Positions 20,644-30,066 are shown, counted from the first letter of the stretch. The stretch is 64,000 nt of DNA from an uncultured Collinsella sp. (GCA_905209455.1 CAJLTA010000004.1:33006-97005), one strand, 5' to 3'. Made by a program: numbers and translations. Notes: generated from the letters alone by a model not told the origin.

Positions 20644-21578
20644 CTAGTCGTCGGGAGGAGGTTGGCATGCTCAATGCGATGATTTGGGCGCTTGCCTGTT
20701 TTGGCGTCGTCGCTGCCGATATTGCCCTGAGCGTCGTTTTGTTTTCCGCTCTTGGCGTCGCATCGGTGTTCATGGGTTTTTCGATCGATGACCTCGACAT
20801 TCAATTGCTTCAGGCCGTCGCGCAGACGGCATCGTTTTTGATGGCGCTGCTGTGGTGGCGTTATCTGTGGCCGCGCTCGTTTATGGCGCGCTGGCAAGGC
20901 GAGCGCCCGCTTGGCGGGGGGGCAGGCAAAGCGTGGAGGCGCATCGCCTGCGTTATCGTGATCGGCCTTGCCCTGCAGGTGGTCGTTGGCTACGTGACCG
21001 ACGCTGTGCTGTCGCTGTTGCCCGAGGCGGCGGCCGATTACAGCGAACTTGTCGAGGAAACAGGCATGGGCGACACCAGCTATCTCGCCGTCCTGACTTC
21101 GGTGCTCGGTGCCCCATTTTGTGAAGAGCTGCTGGTGCGCGGCATTATTTTTGAGTTTTCGCTCCGAGCGTTTAATCCGCAGTGCCGCCCACTTTGGAAG
21201 CGCCGGCGTCGTGCGAGCGCGCAGGACGGCGCCATGGTGCCCTGGGCGGCCCCAAGCATGTGGGGTATCGCCGCGGCGATTGTGCTGCAGGCGGCAATCT
21301 TCGGTTTTATGCACATGAATTGGGTGCAGGGTTGCTACGCGGGTGCTGCCGGCCTCATCTTTGGTTGGGTGCTCGTGACCACTGGAAAGCTCCGCTACAC
21401 GATCCTGCTGCACTTTGCCTTTAATGCCGGGTCGTATCTCATGACGTTGCTCTGGTTTGTGAACACGCCGTTCGACGTGGCAATTACGGTCGCTATCGCC
21501 GGCGTCATCCTCGTTGAGGCAATGCGGTCGCTGCGCCACGCGTGTGGGATGGACGCAGCGAGCGCACCGCTTCCCTAG
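20640..21578 (+). CDS. CPBP-family (CAAX/Abi) intramembrane metalloprotease.
   Basis: EELLVRG motif 1, FGFMH motif 2 and HFAFN motif 3. Multiple TM helices. Confidence 0.8.
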   Translation: MTSRREEVGMLNAMIWALACFGVVAADIALSVVLFSALGVASVFMGFSIDDLDIQLLQAVAQTASFLMALLWWRYLWPRSFMARWQGERPLGGGAGKAWRRIACVIVIGLALQVVVGYVTDAVLSLLPEAAADYSELVEETGMGDTSYLAVLTSVLGAPFCEELLVRGIIFEFSLRAFNPQCRPLWKRRRRASAQDGAMVPWAAPSMWGIAAAIVLQAAIFGFMHMNWVQGCYAGAAGLIFGWVLVTTGKLRYTILLHFAFNAGSYLMTLLWFVNTPFDVAITVAIAGVILVEAMRSLRHACGMDAASAPLP

Positions 21579-23716
21579 TTGCGACGTCCGCCTCCGTTGG
21601 CGCCCTGACGCCCCTGGGCCGCGCGATTGCGCCCTGCGGTGTTCTGTGCACGCGACATGCCGCCGTGGCCCTTGCTGCCCTTGGGCCCCTTGCCAGCGCC
21701 GCCGCCATGCGGTTTGCCGCCCTTCTTGCCGGCGCCATGCCCACCGCCGGCCGATGTCTCGCCCGGGCGTGGCGGTACGGGACGAATCAGACAATGCTTG
21801 GTGTAGCCGATCAGATCGCGGCGGCCGGCTTTTTCCAGCGCCTCGCGCACAAGCTTGTAGTTCTCGGGCTTGCGATACTGGATGAGCGCACGCTGCATGG
21901 CCTTCTCGTGCGGGTCGCGCGCCACGTAGATCGGCTGCATGGTGCGCGGGTCCACGCCGGTGTAGTACATGCAGGTCGACATGGTGGACGGCGTGGGGTA
22001 GAAGTCCTGCACCTGCTCGGGCATGTAGCCCATGTCGCGCACGGCTTCGGCAAGGTCCACGGCTTCCTTCATCGTCGAGCCGGGATGGCTCGAGATCAGA
22101 TACGGCACCACATACTGCTTGAGTCCGTATTCGCGGTTCAGGCGTTCAAATTTACGGCAGAACGCATCGTAGACGGCGCGGCTCGGCTTGCCCATCACGG
22201 ACAGCACCGCGTCGCTCACGTGCTCGGGCGCTACGCGCAGCTGGCCCGAGACATGGTGCTCCAGCAGCTCGCGCAAAAACTCGTCCGAGGCGTCGGCCAT
22301 GGTGTAGTCAAAGCGGATGCCGCTGCGGACGAAGACCTTCTTGACGCCCGGCAGCTGGCGCAGGTCGCGCAGCAGCTGTGTGTAGCCGCTCTCGTCGACC
22401 ACCATGTTCTTGCACACACTCGGCCACAGGCAGCGCTTGTTCTTGCACACGCCGTGCTTGAGCTGCTTGTCGCAGGCGGGACGGCTAAAGTTAGCCGTCG
22501 GCCCGCCCACGTCGTTGATATAGCCCTTAAACTCGGGATCGTGCGTGAGCAGCTCGGCTTCGCGCATGATCGAGTCGTGACTGCGCATCTGCAGCACGCG
22601 ACCCTGGTGGAAGGTGAGCGCGCAAAACGAGCACTCGCCAAAGCACCCGCGGTTGGAGCTGATGGAAAACTTGATCTCGGCAAAGGCCGGCACGCCGCCC
22701 GCCGCGTCGTAATCGGGATGCCAGTCGCGTGCGTAGGGGAGCTCGGCCACCTCGTCCATCTCGTCGGTGGTGAGTGTTGCCGACGGCGGATTCTGCACCA
22801 CATAGACGCTGTTGGGGTAGGGCTCTACTAGGCGATGCCCGGTGATGGGGTCCATATTCTGCTGCTGCACGTTAAAACTGCGTGCGTAGTTGAGCTTATC
22901 GGCGGCAAGGTCGTCCCAGCTGGGCAGTAGGTCGTAGTCGTAGACCTCGTCGAGCGAACCCGTGCGGTAGACGGTGCCATTGATATAGGTGATCTGATTG
23001 ACGGGCAGTCCCGCGTCGAGCGCGTCGGCGATCTCGACAATCGCGTGCTCGCCCATGCCGTAGATGAGGATGTCGGCGCCCGAGTCGAGTAGTACCGAGC
23101 GCTTGAGCTTGTCCTGCCAGTAGTCGTAGTGAGCCAGGCGGCGCAGGCTTGCCTCGATGCCGCCGATGATGATGGGAGCGTCCTTGAACGTCTGACGGAT
23201 GAGGTTGCCGTAGACCGTGACGGCACGATTGGGGCGGTGCCCCTCCTCGCCACCGGGGGTATAGGCGTCGGTATGGCGACGGTGCTTGGTCACCGAATAG
23301 TGGTTGACCATGGAGTCCATGTTGCCGGCGCTGACCAAAAAGCCCAGGCGCGGCTCACCGAGCACCGTGATGCTGGCGGGGTCGGTCCAGTCGGGCTGGC
23401 AGATGATGCCCACTTTGTAGCCGTGCGCGTCGAGGACGCGGCTGATGATGGCCATGCCAAAGCTGGGGTGGTCCACGTAGGCGTCGCCGCAGATGTAGAC
23501 AAAGTCGCACTGGTCCCAGCCGCGCGCATCCATGTCGGCGCGGCTGACGGGGAGGAACTTATCGCGGCCCGGGCGCCAGGGACGGGTGGGCGTCGCTTGG
23601 GAATGCTTGGTGCGGGCGACCGTGGCCTGCGCCTTACCGCTGCGCTTTTGCTGCTGGCCCTGTTTGCCCTGCTGACTGCGCTGGTTGTTCTGAGCGTGCT
23701 GAGGCTTTTTTGCCAC
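21575..23716 (-). CDS. ygiQ: YgiQ-family radical SAM protein (UPF0313), with Lys/Gln-rich N-terminal and Gly/Lys-rich C-terminal extensions.
   Basis: FLPVSRADMDARGWDQCDFVYICGDAYVDHPSFG N-terminal YgiQ signature. CFGECSFC radical-SAM cluster. Start proposed at the GTG at 23716 after SD gggaggga. The track ORF extends to 23896. Confidence 0.8.
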   Translation of the reverse strand: MAKKPQHAQNNQRSQQGKQGQQQKRSGKAQATVARTKHSQATPTRPWRPGRDKFLPVSRADMDARGWDQCDFVYICGDAYVDHPSFGMAIISRVLDAHGYKVGIICQPDWTDPASITVLGEPRLGFLVSAGNMDSMVNHYSVTKHRRHTDAYTPGGEEGHRPNRAVTVYGNLIRQTFKDAPIIIGGIEASLRRLAHYDYWQDKLKRSVLLDSGADILIYGMGEHAIVEIADALDAGLPVNQITYINGTVYRTGSLDEVYDYDLLPSWDDLAADKLNYARSFNVQQQNMDPITGHRLVEPYPNSVYVVQNPPSATLTTDEMDEVAELPYARDWHPDYDAAGGVPAFAEIKFSISSNRGCFGECSFCALTFHQGRVLQMRSHDSIMREAELLTHDPEFKGYINDVGGPTANFSRPACDKQLKHGVCKNKRCLWPSVCKNMVVDESGYTQLLRDLRQLPGVKKVFVRSGIRFDYTMADASDEFLRELLEHHVSGQLRVAPEHVSDAVLSVMGKPSRAVYDAFCRKFERLNREYGLKQYVVPYLISSHPGSTMKEAVDLAEAVRDMGYMPEQVQDFYPTPSTMSTCMYYTGVDPRTMQPIYVARDPHEKAMQRALIQYRKPENYKLVREALEKAGRRDLIGYTKHCLIRPVPPRPGETSAGGGHGAGKKGGKPHGGGAGKGPKGSKGHGGMSRAQNTAGRNRAAQGRQGANGGGRRN

Positions 23717-23978
23717 GATCCCTCCCGGTGTTTGTATGCTGCACGTAATTGTAACCAGTCTTTTTGGGACGGGGCTAAAAAGACTGGTGGAGTACATGGG
23801 CTGGCGGATCGGCGTGTCGATGCGGGTGCTGTATCCGTCGTTTGTTTCCAGACTGTGTATCTGCGTGTTGGGGAAGCCGTCTCGCGCGCACGCCATGTTG
23901 TCAATGGGTTACAGTATGAACGGCGGCTATGTTTCCGCCAACGCACGAGAGAGTCGTCAACAAGGAGGATGCACGACG

Positions 23979-24698
23979 ATGCAGCGTGCCAAACAGATAT
24001 CGGAGTCTATTGAGCTGGGCATCATCTTGGCGCTCGCCGGTGGCTTTATGGACGTGTATTCGTACATTGGGCGCGACCATGTTTTCGCCAACGCGCAGAC
24101 AGGCAACATCCTGCTCGTGGGCGTGAGCATCTCGGAGGGCAACTGGGCACTTGCGGAGCGCTACTTCTTCCCTGTGGTGTCGTTTGCCGTGGGTATTATG
24201 CTTGCCGATCTGGTACACGAGCGGTTTGGCAGCGTGATCCACTGGCGTCAGGTGACGGTGTTCTTTGAAGCCGTCATCTTGCTGGGCGTGAGCTTTATCC
24301 CGGGCGGATATTTCAACCTGCTCGCCAACTGCCTCACCTCGTTTGCCTGCGGCATGCAGGTCGAGAGCTTCCGCAAGATCCACGGTCACGGCATCGCTAC
24401 GACCATGTGCATCGGCAACTTGCGCAACGCGCTGCAAAACGTGGACGATTACATCATCACCCACAGGCGCGGCTTTTTGGAAAACGGCCTGCTGTACTTT
24501 GGCGTGATCTTTACCTTTGTGTTTGGCGCCGTGTTGGGCAACTGGTGTATTGAGCGCATGGGCCTGCACGCCATCGTCGTGGCGAGCTTGCTGCTGTTTG
24601 TCGCATTTGCCATCATGTTCATCGACCGCGAGCGCGATTTGCACAGGAAATGGGCCCGCATCATAGCTGACTGGCAGACCGCGAGTCTTAAGCGCTAA
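23979..24698 (+). CDS. YoaK-family (DUF1275) membrane protein.
   Basis: GIILALAGGFMDVYSYIGRDHVFANAQTGNI signature. SD aaggagga 8 nt upstream of the ATG. The track ORF starts further upstream at 23736. Confidence 0.75.
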   Translation: MQRAKQISESIELGIILALAGGFMDVYSYIGRDHVFANAQTGNILLVGVSISEGNWALAERYFFPVVSFAVGIMLADLVHERFGSVIHWRQVTVFFEAVILLGVSFIPGGYFNLLANCLTSFACGMQVESFRKIHGHGIATTMCIGNLRNALQNVDDYIITHRRGFLENGLLYFGVIFTFVFGAVLGNWCIERMGLHAIVVASLLLFVAFAIMFIDRERDLHRKWARIIADWQTASLKR

Positions 24699-24714
24699 GG
24701 TGCATGTTCGTAAC

Positions 24715-24776
24715 AACATTCAGGAGCCAGAAAAAACTATCCAGCTCCTGAATGTTGCTACGAACTGCTTTTTTGC
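24715..24776. terminator. 13-bp perfect inverted repeat (aacattcaggagc / gctcctgaatgtt) with a nearby T-run. Putative bidirectional terminator at the edge of the AT-rich islet.
   Basis: Stem at 24715-24727 and 24744-24756; T6 at 24770. Confidence 0.4.
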
Positions 24777-24779
24777 GAT

Positions 24780-25319
24780 TTATTCGAGATGCTCTTCAAT
24801 CCGAGCCCTAAGAAGGGCAATGGCTGTAGGTATTCCAATTGCGGCGGCTAATTCGGCTTTATCCAAAACCTGTATGCTAAAGCACGATTGTTTATCACAT
24901 TGAAGGACGATAACTGAAGATAGTTTCACTTCCCGTTGGCTGAATATATCGTAATCTCCAAATAGGAAGTTACCTTTTATTGTGTAATTCGGTATGTTCG
25001 TTACGCACTTCATCTCAAGTCTGTTTAGGCCATAATCAAACACCGCAACTTCCTTGTGTTCGATGATGAGCGCAACCCTGGGCATGTTGCTAAAACCACC
25101 GTCGACGACAGTGAAGAGTTTTTCATTTGCATCGTCATAAACGGTATATTTAAGACTCAATAGCTGTCCTAGTGGACCCGTGAACCCATGTTTTTTGATG
25201 TTGAGGTTGTCTCCTGCTGGGTTGATGAGAGCCAAAGTATGCGGATAAGGGTTACCTTCAATTGAGATTTGATATTCGTTTGTAGCCGTCTTGCTCGATT
25301 TAGGACAACTAGCCACCAT
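24780..25319 (-). CDS. Hypothetical protein in the AT-rich islet. Possible LURP-one-related/tubby-like (DUF567) fold.
   Basis: ~45% GC against ~62% background. Pattern YTVYDD...LFTVVDG...NYTIKGNFLFGDYDIF...ELAAAIGIPTAIALL loosely resembles the LOR family. The assignment is weak. Confidence 0.45.
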   Translation of the reverse strand: MVASCPKSSKTATNEYQISIEGNPYPHTLALINPAGDNLNIKKHGFTGPLGQLLSLKYTVYDDANEKLFTVVDGGFSNMPRVALIIEHKEVAVFDYGLNRLEMKCVTNIPNYTIKGNFLFGDYDIFSQREVKLSSVIVLQCDKQSCFSIQVLDKAELAAAIGIPTAIALLRARIEEHLE

Positions 25320-25500
25320 GTGTCATCGCCTCGATCGAATTGGAACCGTCTTCTGCTTCGTGCGGAGAATTACGCTGTACGTTGCAGTAGATGCAGCTGC
25401 AATAACCGCATGGGCAATTTCTAACAAAATGAATGACGTTATTTGCTGCATGCATGTTATTCACTACAAAGTATCTTTTTATAAACGTATTGTCAAACAT
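25309..25500 (-). CDS. Small Cys-rich ORF (63 aa, CPCGYCSCIYC) overlapping the start of the downstream hypothetical gene.
   Basis: ~42% GC. The stop overlaps the ATG of 24780..25319 by 11 nt (atgacacATGGTGGCTAG). Coding status is unproven. Confidence 0.35.
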   Translation of the reverse strand: MFDNTFIKRYFVVNNMHAANNVIHFVRNCPCGYCSCIYCNVQRNSPHEAEDGSNSIEAMTHGG

Positions 25501-25731
25501 ATATTGCTAAAACAGAAACAATTTATAGACTGAGTCGGTCGTATTCTTTGGGCGATTGCTCCCATAATCTAGCCTTCGCTGCTGTCGGGAGGGAAGGACT
25601 AGGGCTCCGTTATTCTGTTGAAACGCTTTAACACTTTTGACGTTCTCACGCGTTTTTTGTTTCAAAAGCGTTAGGATGGGACTTATAGCGCGGGGCGTAA
25701 TGGATGCCCCGCACACGATGGGAGGCTATCA

Positions 25732-26898
25732 ATGGCTAATCGTTTCGTTCTCAACACCATCTCTTATCATGGTTCCGGCGCCATCAAGGAGATCCCCGGC
25801 GAGCTCCAGCGTCGCGGCTACAAGAAGATCTTCGTCTGCTCCGACCCCGATCTGGTTAAGTTTGGCGTTACCGCTAAGGTGACCGACGAGCTCGACGCCG
25901 CCGGCATCGCTTGGAGCCTCTACTCCGAGATTAAGCCCAACCCCACTATCCAGAACGTCAAGGACGGCGTCGAGGCCTTCAAGGCCGCCGAGGCTGACGC
26001 TATCGTGACCATTGGTGGTGGCTCCTCCATGGACACCGCTAAGGCCATTGGCATCATCATCAACAACCCCGAGTTCGCCGATGTCCGCAGCCTCGAGGGC
26101 GTTGCTCCGACTAAGAACCACGCCGTGTTCACCATCGCCGTGCCGACGACCGCCGGTACCGCCGCCGAGGTGACCATCAACTACGTCATCACCGACCCCG
26201 AGAAGGTTCGCAAGTTCGTGTGCGTCGACACCAACGACGCCCCCGAGGTCGCCGTCGTCGATCCTGACATGATGGCTTCCATGCCCGCCGGCCTGACCGC
26301 TTCCACTGGTATGGACGCTCTGACCCACGCCATCGAGGGCTACACCACCAAGGGTGCTTGGGAGCTCTCCGACATGTTCCACTTTGAGGCTATTAAGCTG
26401 ATCAGCGAGAACCTGCGTGACTCCGTCACCGAGGCCAAGTCCGGTCAGCCCGGCTCCGGCCGCGAGGGCATGGCTCTTGGCCAGTATGTCGCCGGCATGG
26501 GCTTCTCCAACGTCGGCCTGGGCATCGACCACGCCATGGCTCACACCCTGTCCGCTCACTACGATACCCCGCACGGTGTCGCCTGCGCCATGCTGCTGCC
26601 GATCGCCATGGAGTTCAACAAGCCGGTTTGCACCGAGCGCCTGGCCAAGGTTGCCGTTGCCATGGGCGTTGACACCACGGGCATGAGCACCGACGAGGCT
26701 GCCGACGCCGCTATCGCCGCCGTCAAGCAGCTTTCCGCCGACGTGAACATCCCGCACGTCTGCGAGGCCATGAAGGCTGACGAGATCGAGGTCCTGGCCA
26801 AGGACGCCATGGCCGACGCCTGCTTCCCGGGTAACCCGCGCGAGGCGACGCTCGACGACGTCATCGAGCTCTTCAAGAAGATCTGCCCGGCTGCCTAG
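25732..26898 (+). CDS. fucO: Lactaldehyde reductase / 1,2-propanediol oxidoreductase (iron-containing alcohol dehydrogenase).
   Basis: MANRFVLNTISYHGSGAIKEIPGELQRRGYKK and the full length are near-collinear with E. coli FucO (MANRMILNETAWFGRGAVGALTDEVKRRGYQK). Also GGGSSMDTAKAIGII and the His metal ligands. Confidence 0.9.
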   Translation: MANRFVLNTISYHGSGAIKEIPGELQRRGYKKIFVCSDPDLVKFGVTAKVTDELDAAGIAWSLYSEIKPNPTIQNVKDGVEAFKAAEADAIVTIGGGSSMDTAKAIGIIINNPEFADVRSLEGVAPTKNHAVFTIAVPTTAGTAAEVTINYVITDPEKVRKFVCVDTNDAPEVAVVDPDMMASMPAGLTASTGMDALTHAIEGYTTKGAWELSDMFHFEAIKLISENLRDSVTEAKSGQPGSGREGMALGQYVAGMGFSNVGLGIDHAMAHTLSAHYDTPHGVACAMLLPIAMEFNKPVCTERLAKVAVAMGVDTTGMSTDEAADAAIAAVKQLSADVNIPHVCEAMKADEIEVLAKDAMADACFPGNPREATLDDVIELFKKICPAA

Positions 26899-26952
26899 CC
26901 CAGTTTGGTGGTCCTTCGCCCGTAGGCATATAGTCTTTTGACTTGCCGCTGG

Positions 26953-26984
26953 CCCCGCCGCGCTACGCGCGGCGGGGCTTTTTG
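26953..26984 (+). terminator. Rho-independent terminator of fucO.
   Basis: ccccgccgcgc-tacg-cgcggcgggg, then cttttt. Confidence 0.8.
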
Positions 26985-27057
26985 TGCCGCGTCGATGCCC
27001 CGAGATGGGTAAAGCCAAGGCATACCGCCCGCTGCGGATAGGTGGTGCACTTCCCAG

Positions 27058-27320
27058 CGTGCATTTTTGGGAGTATTCAGCAGACTCTGAAAAATGCATA
27101 GCGTTGTGAATGGGCCGTAGTGGTCCGCAGGCGCCCATCGACAGCCATTGCGGACGGACTATCGATGACCGGAGGGGTTGTCGCTGCAGTTTCTGCTTTG
27201 CGACGACCTGCAACCTTGCTGTAGCCGCGTCGTTTTGTCGTTTGTGATGGGGCCGTTGGGGGCCGCGGCGCAGAATACTCCGTTTTTTGCACGGTCCAAG
27301 GTAGGGTACCCTGAGACGAA
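27058..27320. repeat. Second copy of the 27-nt-inverted-block element. Same ends as 7798-8060.
   Basis: cgtgcatttttgggagtattcagcag at 27058-27083 and gcagaatactccgttttttgcacggtcc at 27270-27297. Followed by a similar tatgca-rich tail. Confidence 0.6.
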
Positions 27321-27502
27321 GCAAAAAGATGCCCTATATTTATGCAGAAATCGAAAAGCTTTATGCACAATTCGGATTTTAAACCGTGCGCGTGCGCAAA
27401 ATCGGCACGAGGACGTCTGGAGGTGGCTCGGCTTCTAGGGCATCGCACGTGTAGAACGGTTAAAATCGGGATTCGGTCTTAGTTTTATTTGGAAGGATGC
27501 AT

Positions 27503-28546
27503 ATGGGTTCCAATATCGATGCTTCTCTAGAGGAGACGCTCTCCTATATCGCGGGACAGCTTAAGACGCTGACTTCTATTGCTTCGCCTACGGGCTATAC
27601 CCGTGCGGCGACTGATTATCTAATGGAAACGTTGCGCGATATGGGCTTTGGCCCCGAGCGTTCCAATAAGGGCAACGTGCTGGTCGAGCTTGGCGGCGAG
27701 GGTGAGCCGCTTGTGTTGGCGAGTCATGTCGACACCCTGGGCGCCATGGTGCGCTCCATCAAGGACAATGGCCGCCTGCGTCCCACGACGCTCGGCGGGC
27801 ATCAGTGGTCTACGGCCGATGGCGAGAACTGCACCGTCTACACGCGTGACGGCAATGTGTACACGGGTGTGGTCCTCAATACCGAGCCTTCGGCGCATGT
27901 GGCCGATGAGCCGGTCAAGGCCATCGAGAAGAACATGGAGATCTTGCTCGACGAGAACGTCGATAGCAAGGACGATGTGCTTGAGCTGGGCATTCAGACC
28001 GGCGACATCATCGCTATGGATCCGCGTACCACGGTGACGGAGAGCGGCTACATCAAGAGCCTCTTCCTGGATGACAAACTGTCGGCGTCGATTCTGCTGG
28101 GTCTGGCCCGCGCCGTTGCTGACGGCGAGGTGTCGCTTTCGCGCAAGGTGTCGCTGCTCTTTACCGTGTACGAGGAGGTCGGCCACGGCGGCGCCTTCGT
28201 GCCGGCCGACACGCGCGAGATGATCAGCGTTGACATGGGCTGCGTGGGCGACGACCTGGGCTGCACCGAGCGCATGGTGTCGATTTGCGCCAAGGATTCG
28301 GGTGGCCCCTACAACTACGATCTGGTGACCACGCTGTCCAATATCGCGCGCGAGCTCGAGCTCGACTACGCCATCGACGTGTACCCGCATTACGGCTCCG
28401 ACGTGGAAGCCACCCTCTCCGCAGGCTACGACATTCGCCATGGTCTGATTGGCCCCGGCGTGTACGCGAGCCACAACTACGAGCGCAGCCACATCGACGG
28501 CGTGCGCAATACCTACGAGCTGGTTCGCGCCTACGTGCAGCGCTAG
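27503..28546 (+). CDS. M42-family metallo-aminopeptidase (FrvX/YsdC/CelM-like).
   Basis: HVDTLG, His/Asp metal ligands, and the EEVGHGGA motif typical of M42 peptidases. The track ORF starts 6 nt upstream at 27497. Confidence 0.8.
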   Translation: MGSNIDASLEETLSYIAGQLKTLTSIASPTGYTRAATDYLMETLRDMGFGPERSNKGNVLVELGGEGEPLVLASHVDTLGAMVRSIKDNGRLRPTTLGGHQWSTADGENCTVYTRDGNVYTGVVLNTEPSAHVADEPVKAIEKNMEILLDENVDSKDDVLELGIQTGDIIAMDPRTTVTESGYIKSLFLDDKLSASILLGLARAVADGEVSLSRKVSLLFTVYEEVGHGGAFVPADTREMISVDMGCVGDDLGCTERMVSICAKDSGGPYNYDLVTTLSNIARELELDYAIDVYPHYGSDVEATLSAGYDIRHGLIGPGVYASHNYERSHIDGVRNTYELVRAYVQR

Positions 28547-28580
28547 GGGAGCAGCTTGCGACTCGGCTGACCAATCACTA

Positions 28581-28608
28581 AGGCCCGATTTCTCGGGCCT
28601 TTTTTCGC
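28581..28608 (+). terminator. Rho-independent terminator.
   Basis: aggcccgatttctcgggcct followed by tttttcg. An AT-rich promoter-like stretch with tataat follows. Confidence 0.8.
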
Positions 28609-28684
28609 TTTTGGTCGTTTAGTATTATGATGTATATAATCTATTAACTAAACGTGTAAATTACTTAACGAGGTGATGCGGTGT

Positions 28685-30058
28685 ATGGATACGTCTGAGT
28701 ACTTGTCTATGGGTGATGCCGCCCGCCTGTTGGGCGTTACGAAAGCCCGCATATCTCAACTTGCCGCATCGGGAACGCTCGCGTGCGGTATTGTGGGTGG
28801 ACGGAAGATGGTTGAGTATGATTCTGCGGTCGCCTATCAAAAGGTCCGCAAACGTGGACGCCGTCCTGCGGCCGATGTGGGGCGCAAGTTTACGCTGATG
28901 TCGGCCGACCATGAGGTCGCGCATGTCTCATTTGATCCGTCGCGCGAATTTCCCTTCGAAATCGCGGAGGCACTCGATGCACAGAGGATGCCGTTTGGCA
29001 CGTGCTCGAGTTCTTCTCCTACGGCGAATAAACGGGAGCTCAACGTGTGGTGGAGCCATCGGTCGGTGCCTGACGTCCGCCCCGGACTCGTCTCGCGCTA
29101 TCGTGAACTGGGAATTGCCAGTGGCATCGAGGTTCCGGTTCGGTGTCTGGGCCTATCGCTTTCGGATTGTTATTGGCTGCGGCCGGCCGATTGCGCCGAA
29201 CTCAAATGGCAAAACATCAATTACTTCGAGAATGATTTTGAGCGATCGGCGCCCGAAGAGCGTTCGGGTTGGCTGGAAGGCATCGGTCTTAAAAATCCGG
29301 ATAACACGTCCGAGGGCGAGCTCCCTAAATCGTGGATGATCCGAAACGGCATTCGCGTTTTGGCTAAAGGTTGCGGGATGGACGATCAGCGTCCCTTTAA
29401 CGAAGCGGTTGCAACGGCTCTACATCGTCGCTTGCTGTCGGAGGGCGAGTTTGTTCCTTATACGGTTGAGTGGATGTTCGATGGCCCTGTCTGTTTGTGC
29501 GACGACTTTCTTGACGGCCGCGAGGAATACGTTCCGGCTGTTTACGTTAAGGGCGCACTTGGTAGCCAGCGGGGAAACTCGACATACGATCGATACTGTT
29601 GCTACCTCGGTAAGCATGGTGTCGATGAGGCCGCTGTGAGAAGGTCTATGTCTCAGATGATTGTCTGCGATGCCCTTTTGGCCAACAGCGACCGCCATTG
29701 GCGAAACTTCGGCATCATCCGCAATGTCGACACCCTGGAGATAAGGCCTGCTCCGCTGTTCGATAGCGGCAACTGCCTGTGGTACAACGTACCAACTGCC
29801 GTGCTCGCAACTGGGGAGTTTGGGTTTACCGCTAAGCCGTTTGGGCCCGACCCTTCCGTCCAGCTGGCGCTTGCGGATTCGCTCGATTGGTTCGATTCAT
29901 CGCGGCTCAACGGATTTGTTGATGATGCGATTGAGATTCTTTCGCAGAGCAAGTGGGCCACGGCGGAGGGTCGGCTCGAGTCCATTCGCCGCGGCCTGGA
30001 GCGTCGCGTAATCGAGGTTGGTGCCGCTGTTGAAGTGCTTCGACACGTGCGGCGATAA
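28685..30058 (+). CDS. HipA-family Ser/Thr kinase with a fused N-terminal HTH domain (E. coli YjjJ/HipH-like). Solo, with no separate HipB.
   Basis: N-terminal HTH (LSMGDAARLLGVTKARISQLAASG). HipA catalytic region ANSDRHWRNFGIIRN resembles GNtDdHlKNfSl. SD gaggtg 8 nt upstream of the ATG. The track ORF starts at the GTG at 28673. Confidence 0.7.
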   Translation: MDTSEYLSMGDAARLLGVTKARISQLAASGTLACGIVGGRKMVEYDSAVAYQKVRKRGRRPAADVGRKFTLMSADHEVAHVSFDPSREFPFEIAEALDAQRMPFGTCSSSSPTANKRELNVWWSHRSVPDVRPGLVSRYRELGIASGIEVPVRCLGLSLSDCYWLRPADCAELKWQNINYFENDFERSAPEERSGWLEGIGLKNPDNTSEGELPKSWMIRNGIRVLAKGCGMDDQRPFNEAVATALHRRLLSEGEFVPYTVEWMFDGPVCLCDDFLDGREEYVPAVYVKGALGSQRGNSTYDRYCCYLGKHGVDEAAVRRSMSQMIVCDALLANSDRHWRNFGIIRNVDTLEIRPAPLFDSGNCLWYNVPTAVLATGEFGFTAKPFGPDPSVQLALADSLDWFDSSRLNGFVDDAIEILSQSKWATAEGRLESIRRGLERRVIEVGAAVEVLRHVRR

Positions 30059-30066
30059 TCCCGCGA

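Noticed and set aside
25729-27324. 531-aa minus-strand ORF opposite fucO
   Set aside because: Gly/Asp/Val low complexity. fucO on the plus strand is near-collinear with E. coli FucO.
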